In this document: positions 1 through 7,886 of the stretch, piece by piece | Position numbering within the stretch: position 1 is the first letter of the stretch | Layout of the letters: each line of letters opens with the position of its first letter | Source: a virus | Taxonomy: Duplodnaviria > Caudoviricetes | IMG/VR virus record: IMGVR_UViG_3300036855_000026 | Coordinates: 1-58,838 of that record | Length of the DNA stretch: 58,838 nt | Reading direction: 5' to 3' (one strand) | Position numbers and translations under genes: made by a program | Notes under the pieces: generated by a model | Seen by the model: the letters and a program-made list of their open reading frames with translations, nothing else | Database searches by the model: none | Told to the model about the DNA's origin: nothing

Positions 1-127
1 CCGCTCCGACCCGCGCGTCACCGTCCGGCATGACCAGTGGGACGCCGACCCCTGGGCGCTCAACACGCCCGGCGGCGTCGTCGACCTGCGCACGGGCGGC
101 GTCCGTCCACACGACCCCGCCGAACGG
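1..127. repeat. 127-bp terminal overlap, identical to 58712-58838 (circular assembly)
   Basis: ccgctccgac...cgccgaacgg is repeated exactly at the window end; it falls inside an open reading frame. Confidence 0.97.
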
Positions 128-1102
128 CACACCCGCATGACCACCGTCGCGCCCGACCCGGACGCCGACCCGCGCGCGTGGCTGACCTTCCTCGCCGACA
201 CGTTCGGCGGGCGGGCCGACCTGATCGGCTACGTCCAGCGCCTCGCCGGGTATTCGATCACGGGCGCGGTCGCCGACCACGTGTTGCCGTTCTGCTATGG
301 CAGTGGTGCCAACGGGAAAACTGTCCTGTTGGAAGTGCTCGGCGCCATCCTCGGCGACTACGCGCTCACCTCGCCGTCCGGGTTCCTGATGGCGCGTCAA
401 TTCCCGGCGCACGAAACCGAGATAGCGCGATTGTTCGGTGCACGGTTCGTGACCTGTTCGGAGATCAACGAGAAAGACAAATTCGACGAGGCGCGCGTGA
501 AACTACTGACCGGCGGCGACACGATTACCGCCCGGTTTATGCGGCAAGATCATTTCTCGTTCAGACCGTCACACCACCTATGGTTGATGGGCAATTATCA
601 GCCGAGTGTCACGGCCGGTGGCCCCGCATTCTGGCGCCGGTTGCGTGTTATTCCATTCGATCACATCGTGCCCGTGGAGCAGCGGGACGCGGCGCTCGCC
701 GCCTCGTTGATCGCGGCACACGGCGCGGCCATCCTCGCCTGGCTGGTGTCCGGCGCGGTCGCGTACATCCGGAGTGGACTCGACGAACCGGGCGACGTGG
801 TGACCGCGACCGACCACTACGCGCACGACCAAGACAGCGTGGCGCGGTTCGTCGAAGACGCGTGCCGGGTCGGTGGCGGCGACGCCGTGAAACTACGCAC
901 CGGAGTTGTCCGTGCCGCGTATGAGCGATGGTGCGCGAGCGAAGCACTGTCCCCGGTGGACGGGCCGCGCCTCACCATCGCGTTGAAGCTGATCACTGGA
1001 ATCGGTGCTATCCGGTCAAATGGGGCGCGGTTCTACACGGGACTCAGTCTCGCGGACACCTTCAATGGTTCAGCGCTCAACCTTCCGGGTGGCCAAGAAT
1101 GA
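2..1102 (+). CDS. C-terminal part of primase-helicase (P4 alpha/D5-type SF3 helicase); gene starts at 57381 and runs across the junction (~810 aa)
   Basis: Walker A GSGANGKT, motifs IARLFGARFVTCSEI, VKLLTGGDTITARFM and WRRLRVIPF; in frame with 57381 after removing the overlap. Confidence 0.93.
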   Translation, partial: RSDPRVTVRHDQWDADPWALNTPGGVVDLRTGGVRPHDPAERHTRMTTVAPDPDADPRAWLTFLADTFGGRADLIGYVQRLAGYSITGAVADHVLPFCYGSGANGKTVLLEVLGAILGDYALTSPSGFLMARQFPAHETEIARLFGARFVTCSEINEKDKFDEARVKLLTGGDTITARFMRQDHFSFRPSHHLWLMGNYQPSVTAGGPAFWRRLRVIPFDHIVPVEQRDAALAASLIAAHGAAILAWLVSGAVAYIRSGLDEPGDVVTATDHYAHDQDSVARFVEDACRVGGGDAVKLRTGVVRAAYERWCASEALSPVDGPRLTIALKLITGIGAIRSNGARFYTGLSLADTFNGSALNLPGGQE

Positions 1103-1119
1103 GTATGCGGCGAGTTAAC

Positions 1120-1358
1120 AGTGCCGGTCAGGTGCGGCACTGGCCCCGTCACCGGCACTGTCCACAGTGCCGCACCTCAAGTGTTCGGCCCTTCGCGTGC
1201 GCGCGCGAAGCGGTGAACGCTGAACCACCGGCACTGAAGATCATTAAGTGCCGCACAGTGCCGCATTTTCTCTACCTATCAGCGAATCTCAAGATCTTGA
1301 TAGGCCCGTTAAACAGGAAGTGCGGCACTACCGGCACTGTGCGGCACTGCCCGGCACT
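1120..1358. promoter_or_regulatory. Putative replication origin: 11 CGGCACT iterons around an AT-richer palindromic core
   Basis: CGGCACT at 1135,1153,1229,1323,1332,1342,1352; AGTGCCG at 1120,1166,1247,1257; palindrome TCAAGATCTTGA 1289-1300; directly after the helicase stop. Confidence 0.7.
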
Positions 1359-1373
1359 GTCGAGGCGATCGGC

Positions 1374-1808
1374 GTGACGTACCTGGTGACAAGTTCGCCG
1401 ACCGTCGAACAATGCCCGCGATGTTCGCGGCTACGGCTGACCGGACTCGCCGACGGCGTGCCCTACCGCGTCGACCCGATTCCGCTCACCGCTCACGCAG
1501 AGCTACGGGCGCTTGTGGACGGTGGCGCGAGCTGGTGCGTGATCGCGGGCCGCCTGTGCTGGCGATCTCCCGAGCACATTCGCGGCGACGCCCGCCGAGG
1601 CCGCCCCGCCGTGTTCGCGGATCACCGATGCGCGCATCCGGTCACGGCGGCCGACGTCGAACCGTCACAGGTGGCCGGTGTCGCCCGCCTGTTGTCCTCG
1701 CTTGCCCGGGAGTCGGAATTCAGCGCCCCGGAAATGGCCGCATTCTCGGCGCTCGCGAATCAGCTCGGCGCGCGTGTCGTCGCGGATTCTGATGAACCAC
1801 CATTCTGA
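1374..1808 (+). CDS. Hypothetical protein with CxxC
   Basis: GTG start after the iterons; CPRC motif; acidic end DEPPF. Confidence 0.65.
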   Translation: MTYLVTSSPTVEQCPRCSRLRLTGLADGVPYRVDPIPLTAHAELRALVDGGASWCVIAGRLCWRSPEHIRGDARRGRPAVFADHRCAHPVTAADVEPSQVAGVARLLSSLARESEFSAPEMAAFSALANQLGARVVADSDEPPF

Positions 1809-1825
1809 GACAAGGGGAACTGGCT

Positions 1826-2110
1826 ATGTGGACGTGTGGCGGATGTATCGCCGAATGGTCCGGGTTCGCGGTCGCGCATTGCGGGGCGTGTCACCGGACG
1901 TTTGCCAGCGTGCGACTGTTCGATATTCACCGGTCGCCGGTCGGCAAACACGGGACGTGCCGCAACCCGGAACGCGTGACCGACCGCGACGGCAAGCGGG
2001 TGTTGTTCTGGCGGGACGGCGCGTGGCGCGGTCGGCCGATGACCGACGCCGAGAAGCGGCACGCCCGCGCTCGCCAAAATGAGGGCTCGAACGCGCCGGG
2101 TGACGTGTGA
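1826..2110 (+). CDS. Zinc-binding protein (FDxHR type)
   Basis: CGGC...HCGACHRTFASVRLFDIHR; RBS AAGGGG. Confidence 0.75.
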   Translation: MWTCGGCIAEWSGFAVAHCGACHRTFASVRLFDIHRSPVGKHGTCRNPERVTDRDGKRVLFWRDGAWRGRPMTDAEKRHARARQNEGSNAPGDV

Positions 2111-2355
2111 GTACCGGAAACGCTCGCAGACGCGCCTACGGCGACAGCGTGAGCCAGCAAACGGCACGTGAGAGGAAACGGCGAGCACAGATGACAGATT
2201 ACGACCAGTTGCCGATCGGGCCGTCGCGTTACGCGCTCTCGTGGTGTGAGCGATACGGGTTCGACCCGGACACGTGGGTGGCGCGGCACGATGGCAAGTT
2301 CCGCGTTCCGCTGCATCGCATCGCGGACACGGTGCGCCAGGACGGTGACGAGTGA
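2107..2355 (+). CDS. Hypothetical protein
   Basis: GTGA overlaps with both neighbours. Confidence 0.55.
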   Translation: MSTGNARRRAYGDSVSQQTARERKRRAQMTDYDQLPIGPSRYALSWCERYGFDPDTWVARHDGKFRVPLHRIADTVRQDGDE

Positions 2356-2831
2356 CCCCGCAATCGGCTTCGGCGCGCGGCAAAGCGAACAACGCCAAGG
2401 GAAAAAAGGCGGAACGGGACATCGCCCGCTGGTTGCGCGAACACGGGTTCGGTGTCGCGGAGCGCACCATCCGAACCGGCTACAGCACCAAGGACCGACG
2501 CAGTAGCGACACGGGCGACGTGAGCACGATCGGTGTCTGCTGGCAAGTCAAAGACGTCGCCGAACGCGAGTGGTACCGCGTACCTGAGTGGCTAGACGAC
2601 ACCGCGCACCAGCGTGTCGCATGCGCCGCCGACCTCGGGATACTCGTCATGAAACGCCACGGTCACGCCGACCCTGGCCGCTGGTGGGCGTGGCTACCGC
2701 TGAACGCCATCGTGACGGACACACTGAACGCGGCGATCCCGAGCGTGTACGACGTGCCGGTGCGCTTCGCGCTCGCCGACCTCGTGTCCATCCTGCGCAC
2801 CCTCGGATACGGAACGGAGCAACCCACGTGA
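2352..2831 (+). CDS. Holliday junction resolvase-like PD-(D/E)XK nuclease (Hjc type)
   Basis: KGKKAERDIARWLREHGF...AER...DTGDV...QVK. Confidence 0.8.
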   Translation: MTPQSASARGKANNAKGKKAERDIARWLREHGFGVAERTIRTGYSTKDRRSSDTGDVSTIGVCWQVKDVAEREWYRVPEWLDDTAHQRVACAADLGILVMKRHGHADPGRWWAWLPLNAIVTDTLNAAIPSVYDVPVRFALADLVSILRTLGYGTEQPT

Positions 2832-3511
2832 ACCCGTGCGCGCTCGGCTGTACCACCCGCGACGGTGACCCGTTTCCGGCACCCGAGGGATACCAGATCT
2901 GCGACCGGTGCGTGCTGCGTGTCCGCGAGACGATCAACGACATCGTGACCCGCTACACAGCCGTGCTGAGTCTGTGGGCGAGCCTGCCCGCCGCCGAGGC
3001 CACCGACCGTGCCGCGCCCGGATTCCATTCGAGCCCGCCCGGCGACATTCACATGATGGCGCTCCGCGACCCGCGCACGGTGGCGATCGAGCCCGGTGAC
3101 CTCCGCTCCGCGATCGAGGTATTGCACGCGTGGGCGCGAATCCTGCGCGGACATCGCGGGCTCAGCGCGCCTGCCGAACCGATCACGGTAGACAGCGAAT
3201 CCGCCACGCTGCTGTTTCACGCCGACTGGATTTACCGGGAATGGCGTCCGGCCGTCATCCGCAATTACGTCACCGAATTGAGCGAGACACGCGGACAGTT
3301 GCTGGCGGTGACGCGCATCGACGATCCGCCGCGCATCGTAGGCCGGTGCACGAATCGCGTTGACGGGCAACGGTGCAACACGACGCTGTATGTGCCGCGC
3401 CACGGCGCGATGATCCGGTGTGGACGTTGTCCGGCCACCTATGACGGCGCGAAGCTGATCACGCTCGCGCTCCAAGTACACGAGGAGATCGACAGTGAAC
3501 GTGGGGCCTGA
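2828..3511 (+). CDS. Cys-rich hypothetical protein (possible late regulator)
   Basis: N-terminal C/CxxC and C-terminal zinc ribbon; GTGA coupling. Confidence 0.7.
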   Translation: MNPCALGCTTRDGDPFPAPEGYQICDRCVLRVRETINDIVTRYTAVLSLWASLPAAEATDRAAPGFHSSPPGDIHMMALRDPRTVAIEPGDLRSAIEVLHAWARILRGHRGLSAPAEPITVDSESATLLFHADWIYREWRPAVIRNYVTELSETRGQLLAVTRIDDPPRIVGRCTNRVDGQRCNTTLYVPRHGAMIRCGRCPATYDGAKLITLALQVHEEIDSERGA

Positions 3512-3710
3512 TCTGGCGATCCTGTTTGTACGCGGCAGCGGTGAGGCATGTACACATTCGACACTGCGATCGTGGGTTCATCGCGGCCACATTCGCCGCT
3601 ATCGAAGCGGCTACTCGCTCGTCGAAATAGCCGCCTACCTCGTCAAACGTCAGGCAATTGACGGAACGCGTGGCACGTGCAACGCTCACGAACGGATCAC
3701 CCTGCGCTGA
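3495..3710 (+). CDS. Small HTH DNA-binding protein
   Basis: STLRSWVHRGHI...GYSLVEI MerR/excisionase-like pattern. Confidence 0.6.
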   Translation: MNVGPDLAILFVRGSGEACTHSTLRSWVHRGHIRRYRSGYSLVEIAAYLVKRQAIDGTRGTCNAHERITLR

Positions 3711-3741
3711 CCTCCCCCGGCTGTGTGGGGTGATCCAACTC

Positions 3742-4155
3742 ATGCGACATCCCGCGAACATCGCTCGCCACGTCAACCGTGATGTCGGGCAGCGTGCCGC
3801 CGACCGTGTCACGGGATTCATGGGCTCGTGGAAATTCATCGGTGTACAGAGCGCGTTCATTCTCGTGTGGATCACGTTGAACACGATCGCACTCGTGGCG
3901 CACTGGGACGCGTATCCGTGGATTCTGCTCAACCTGTTGTTCAGTGTGCAAGCCGCATACGCGTCGCCACTGATTCTGCTGGCACAGAATCGTCAAGTAG
4001 AACATGATCGTATTGCCGCTGAACACGACGATGACGTGAACTGCGAAGCATTGCGGTTGATACAGCAGATGCACGCCGCCATTGTCGCGCAACGTACACC
4101 GTTGACCGCAGACGATGGCACTGTCCCAATGACACAGACGGGCGAGGGTGAGTAG
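3742..4155 (+). CDS. DUF1003 family membrane protein
   Basis: GQRAADRVTGFMGSWKFI...WDAYPWILLNLLFSVQAAYASPLILLAQNRQ. Confidence 0.85.
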   Translation: MRHPANIARHVNRDVGQRAADRVTGFMGSWKFIGVQSAFILVWITLNTIALVAHWDAYPWILLNLLFSVQAAYASPLILLAQNRQVEHDRIAAEHDDDVNCEALRLIQQMHAAIVAQRTPLTADDGTVPMTQTGEGE

Positions 4156-4157
4156 TT

Positions 4158-4286
4158 GTGGGTGGCACACCGAGTAAAGGCACGCCCGCCGACAAACGCC
4201 TGGGTAAGAACAAGGGCAGCGGTGGCAAAGGCACTGGCAACAGTGGCACCGGTACCAGCGGTGGCGCTCAGCCGTCGCGGAAGTAG
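4158..4286 (+). CDS. 42-aa Gly/Lys-rich basic peptide (not in the ORF track)
   Basis: GTG...TAG gives MGGTPSKGTPADKRLGKNKGSGGKGTGNSGTGTSGGAQPSRK; fills the gap between neighbours; RBS GAGGGTG. Confidence 0.6.
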   Translation: MGGTPSKGTPADKRLGKNKGSGGKGTGNSGTGTSGGAQPSRK

Positions 4287-4292
4287 TGCGCC

Positions 4293-4601
4293 ATGCCTGG
4301 CCATTGGGTCGGCAGCACGCGACGCACACGACTACCGCACGGCTGGGCAACCGTCACCGTGCCGCGCATCCTCGCGCGAGACCACGGCGTGTGTCACCTG
4401 TGTGGACAGTCCGGGGCGGACACCGTCGACCACATCAGACCAGGCGACGACCACAGTGACGCCAACCTCGCAGCCATCCATGATCGGAACCCCCCGCACT
4501 GCCACCGATTCAAGTCGAGTCGCGAAGGCAACAGCGCCCGGTATCGCTACACAGAGCGACGCCCGCCGGAAGCGCATCCCGGAATACGTGACGCTCCGTG
4601 A
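4293..4601 (+). CDS. HNH endonuclease (packaging-associated)
   Basis: RDHGVCHLCG...VDHI...NL...CHRFKS; precedes terminase. Confidence 0.9.
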   Translation: MPGHWVGSTRRTRLPHGWATVTVPRILARDHGVCHLCGQSGADTVDHIRPGDDHSDANLAAIHDRNPPHCHRFKSSREGNSARYRYTERRPPEAHPGIRDAP

Positions 4602-4856
4602 CTGACGGCCAGTCGATCAAGGCCACAGATTCGGACACGGGGGTCTATACCCCCCGCCGCGGTGATCCACAGTACCGGGAGGTTGGAGGGTCACCATCCG
4701 TATCACTCTGCGTAATCAACTCAGACGTTAGGCCCTCCTCTTTCATGATCCGTCACACCCGGTAACTGCCCCCGTGTCGCGTTCGGCCAGTCCACGGTGG
4801 ACTTAGCGGGTTGATCATTCCAGAACAATTGGACATATATCAGGGAAGTGAGCGCC

Positions 4857-5309
4857 ATGGCTGGTCGTGGTTTCCCCTCCGCCGGTCGTCGGCAGCGCCC
4901 CGACCACCAGGCGACCTTGAACGCGAGCTTTACTGATCTTGCCGACGATGGCGAGGTGCGCGGATTTCCGTTGCCGGACAACGCATTGCCGGGCGGCGAA
5001 GAATGGCACCCGATGACGTTGCAGTGGTGGGACACGTGGCGCCGCTCGCCGCAAGCGCAACGCATGCTGGACACCGACTGGCAAGAGCTTCTGGCCACTG
5101 CCGTGCTCCATCACGCGATCTGGAGTAAAGGACGCTGGGAGCACGCCAGCGAAGTACGGCTACGGGTCGCGAAATTCGGTGCCACCCCCGAGGACCGGAT
5201 GCGGCTCAAGCTCAACGTCACCCTGCCGGAACCGGACGAGGCCCCCATGACCGACGCGTCCGGCGCGGTCACTGACATTTCGTCGAGGCGCTCGCGCTTG
5301 TCGGGGTGA
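4857..5309 (+). CDS. terS: Terminase small subunit
   Basis: MAGRG...WWDTWRRSPQAQ...TDWQEL...EVRLRVAKFGATPEDRMRL; upstream of TerL. Confidence 0.88.
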   Translation: MAGRGFPSAGRRQRPDHQATLNASFTDLADDGEVRGFPLPDNALPGGEEWHPMTLQWWDTWRRSPQAQRMLDTDWQELLATAVLHHAIWSKGRWEHASEVRLRVAKFGATPEDRMRLKLNVTLPEPDEAPMTDASGAVTDISSRRSRLSG

Positions 5310-5313
5310 CCTC

Positions 5314-6954
5314 ATGCCGCACACCGTTGTGCACGCCGACGGACACCACCGAGCCCGGTCACTCGGGTGGCTAGCGCTGGCATGGCTCGAACACTTCTGT
5401 GTACACGGGCCTGGTGACGTGCAAGGCGATCCGGTCGTGCACGGGGACGAACAGAGTGCCTTTGTGGCCGACGCGTACGGGCTGGACGAGGACGGCAGGC
5501 TGTTGTACGACAGCGCTTTCCTGTCCCGCCCCAAAGGCGCGGACAAGTCGGGGCTCGGCGCGCGGCTCGGATTGTTCGAGGCGCTAGGCCCGTGCCGGTT
5601 CGCGGGCTGGGCGAGCGGCGGGGAAACCTACCGCTGGCAAGGTTTCCGCTACACCTACCGTGCCGGTGAGCCGATGGGCCGCGCGATCACCACCCCCTAC
5701 GTCCGGTGCATGGCCACCGAGGAACAACAAACCGGCAACACCTATGACGCCGTGCTGTACAACCTCACAGACGGGCCGTTGGCCGGTACACCCGGTCTCA
5801 GCGCCGGGTTGACCCGCGTCCTGGTGCCCGGCGGCGGCGAGATCACCCCGTCAACGGCGGCGAGTGCGTCCAAAGACGGCGGGAAAGAGACCTTTGTAAT
5901 ATTCGACGAGTCTCATTTGTACAACACCGCCGAGTTGCGGCAGATGTACAAAGTGGTCACCCGGAATTTGCGGAAACGCAAGCGGATCGCGGGTACGTGG
6001 TTCCTGGAAACGACCACGATGTTCGCGCCCGGACACAATTCTGTCGCCGAATCGACGTACGAACTGGCCGAAACGATCAAAGAGGGTCGCGCGCTGCGTT
6101 CGCGGCTGTTTTATGATCACCGGTGGGGCGAGTGTGACGATCTCGCCGACGAACAGGCACTCCGCGCGGCCATTGTGGACGCCTACGGGGACGCGATCGA
6201 GTGGAATGACCTCGATTCGATCGTCAACGAATTCTATGACCCGCGCAGCAACGTCGCCGACAGCCGCCGATATTTCTTGAACGCCCGCACATCGGCATCG
6301 GACGCGTGGTTGGACGCGGCACAGTGGGCGGCATGCACGAAAGCACTGTCCCTGTACGACGATGACACGGTCACGCTCGGGTTTGACGGCAGTGTTCGCG
6401 ATGACTCGACAGCGCTGGTCGCGGCGAGCCTCGAAACCGGGCACGTAGAGGTGCTCGGATGCTGGGAAAAGCCCGATAATCGGGGCGACGACTGGGAAGT
6501 AGACCGGATCGCGGTCGACACCGCCGTCGCCGCCGCGTTCGAGCGTTTCACTGTGGTTGCTTTCTATTGTGATCCGCCGCATTGGCAGGACTATGTGGAC
6601 CGGTGGACACGTGATTTTGGGGATCGTGTCCAGGTGAAAGCGTCGGCGCAGCGACCTTTTGAATGGTGGACGAACCGTCCGAAAGTGATGGTTGATGTGC
6701 TGGCGCGGTTCCATGACGCGGTGATCGACAAGCGTCTGAGCCACGACGGTAGCTCGCTGCTCACGCGGCACGTGCTGAATGCGCGCCGTCGCGCTGGCCG
6801 TACCGGGATCACGATCGCGAAAGAGCACCCGGGCAGTCCCCGGAAAATCGACGCTGCCATGGCCGCTGTCCTCGCCTACGAGGCTAGGGCGGATTCGATC
6901 GCGGCTGGTGTCGGCGTGCGCCGCACAGCGTCCAAACGGCTGTATCGCTTCTGA
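5314..6954 (+). CDS. terL: Terminase large subunit
   Basis: RPKGADKS Walker A-like, FVIFDESH Walker B, LGFDGSVRDDSTALV nuclease motif, KIDAAMAAVLA. Confidence 0.95.
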   Translation: MPHTVVHADGHHRARSLGWLALAWLEHFCVHGPGDVQGDPVVHGDEQSAFVADAYGLDEDGRLLYDSAFLSRPKGADKSGLGARLGLFEALGPCRFAGWASGGETYRWQGFRYTYRAGEPMGRAITTPYVRCMATEEQQTGNTYDAVLYNLTDGPLAGTPGLSAGLTRVLVPGGGEITPSTAASASKDGGKETFVIFDESHLYNTAELRQMYKVVTRNLRKRKRIAGTWFLETTTMFAPGHNSVAESTYELAETIKEGRALRSRLFYDHRWGECDDLADEQALRAAIVDAYGDAIEWNDLDSIVNEFYDPRSNVADSRRYFLNARTSASDAWLDAAQWAACTKALSLYDDDTVTLGFDGSVRDDSTALVAASLETGHVEVLGCWEKPDNRGDDWEVDRIAVDTAVAAAFERFTVVAFYCDPPHWQDYVDRWTRDFGDRVQVKASAQRPFEWWTNRPKVMVDVLARFHDAVIDKRLSHDGSSLLTRHVLNARRRAGRTGITIAKEHPGSPRKIDAAMAAVLAYEARADSIAAGVGVRRTASKRLYRF

Positions 6955-6968
6955 GACGGGGGTCCGTT

Positions 6969-7508
6969 GTGGCCGTTGTCGACTTTACCGGCGTCACGGT
7001 CACCGGCACGTACACGGAGCTGGACGGCTCCCCGGCGATCGGCAATGTGACGTTCGCCGCGCAAGTCACCGGCGCCCTGCTCGACTCCACTGCGGACATC
7101 ATCGTGTTGCCGGACGATCTGACGATCACCCTGGACGCCAACGGTTCCCTGAGCGTCATCCTGCTCGCCACCGACGACCCGAGCGTGTCACCGCAAGGGT
7201 TCACATACCTGGTCACCGAGCATATCGGCCGCGCCATGCGCTCCTACTCGATCCCGGTACCGCTAGGCCCACCCCTCGATCTCCGGTCGGTGGCGCCAGT
7301 CGCCCCCGTCATCCAAGGCCCGTTAACGATCGTGACCAGCGTGAACGGCGTCCGGCCCGACATCAACGGCAACGTGACCATTGATGCGCTCGGCGGCCAC
7401 GGTTCCGCCTGGTTTGTCGATGACGGCGCGCCCGGCGATGTGACCGGGGCCGACCCCGGGGACTACTACCTCGACTGGGTGACCGGTGCGATTTATCAAC
7501 TGAGCTGA
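6969..7508 (+). CDS. Putative fibre base/adaptor protein
   Basis: Beta-rich N domain, VTSVNG motif, C-terminal GSAW...GAP...GDYYLD...GAIYQLS knob. Confidence 0.7.
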   Translation: MAVVDFTGVTVTGTYTELDGSPAIGNVTFAAQVTGALLDSTADIIVLPDDLTITLDANGSLSVILLATDDPSVSPQGFTYLVTEHIGRAMRSYSIPVPLGPPLDLRSVAPVAPVIQGPLTIVTSVNGVRPDINGNVTIDALGGHGSAWFVDDGAPGDVTGADPGDYYLDWVTGAIYQLS

Positions 7509-7519
7509 TTGGACTGGAC

Positions 7520-7858
7520 ATGGCTTGGAGTGCAACCGGCGCCAACCTCAAAGGCCCGACCGGTTCGACCGGCGCGGCAGGCTCAGCGGCCACGGTCGCC
7601 GTCGGCACTGTCACCACCCTGGCGGCGGGCGCGAGCGCCACTGTGGCGAACGCAGGCACCAGCGCGGCGGCCGTGCTCAACTTCGGCATCCCGCAAGGGA
7701 CCACCGGTACCACGGGCACGACCGGTACCACGGGGGCGACCGGCGCGCGGGGCTCGTTGTGGTTCTTCGGCTCTGGTGCGCCCGGCACGGTCGCCGGGGC
7801 GGTGGTCGGTGACGTCTACCTCGACACCAGTGCGGGCGCTGTCTACCAGCTCTCCTGA
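7520..7858 (+). CDS. Short collagen-like fibre protein
   Basis: MAWSATGANLKGPTG start, Gly-X-Thr repeats, C-terminal knob ending GAVYQLS. Confidence 0.8.
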   Translation: MAWSATGANLKGPTGSTGAAGSAATVAVGTVTTLAAGASATVANAGTSAAAVLNFGIPQGTTGTTGTTGTTGATGARGSLWFFGSGAPGTVAGAVVGDVYLDTSAGAVYQLS

Positions 7859-7886
7859 CCACCGGACCAGAGGGGCGTAACCGCGC

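Noticed and set aside
1120-1358. CRISPR array
   Set aside because: Repeats are 7 bp, in both orientations and irregularly spaced; no cas operon.
7363-7788. Minus-strand ORF with PVV repeats
   Set aside because: Reverse reading of the Gly-Thr-Thr collagen repeat.
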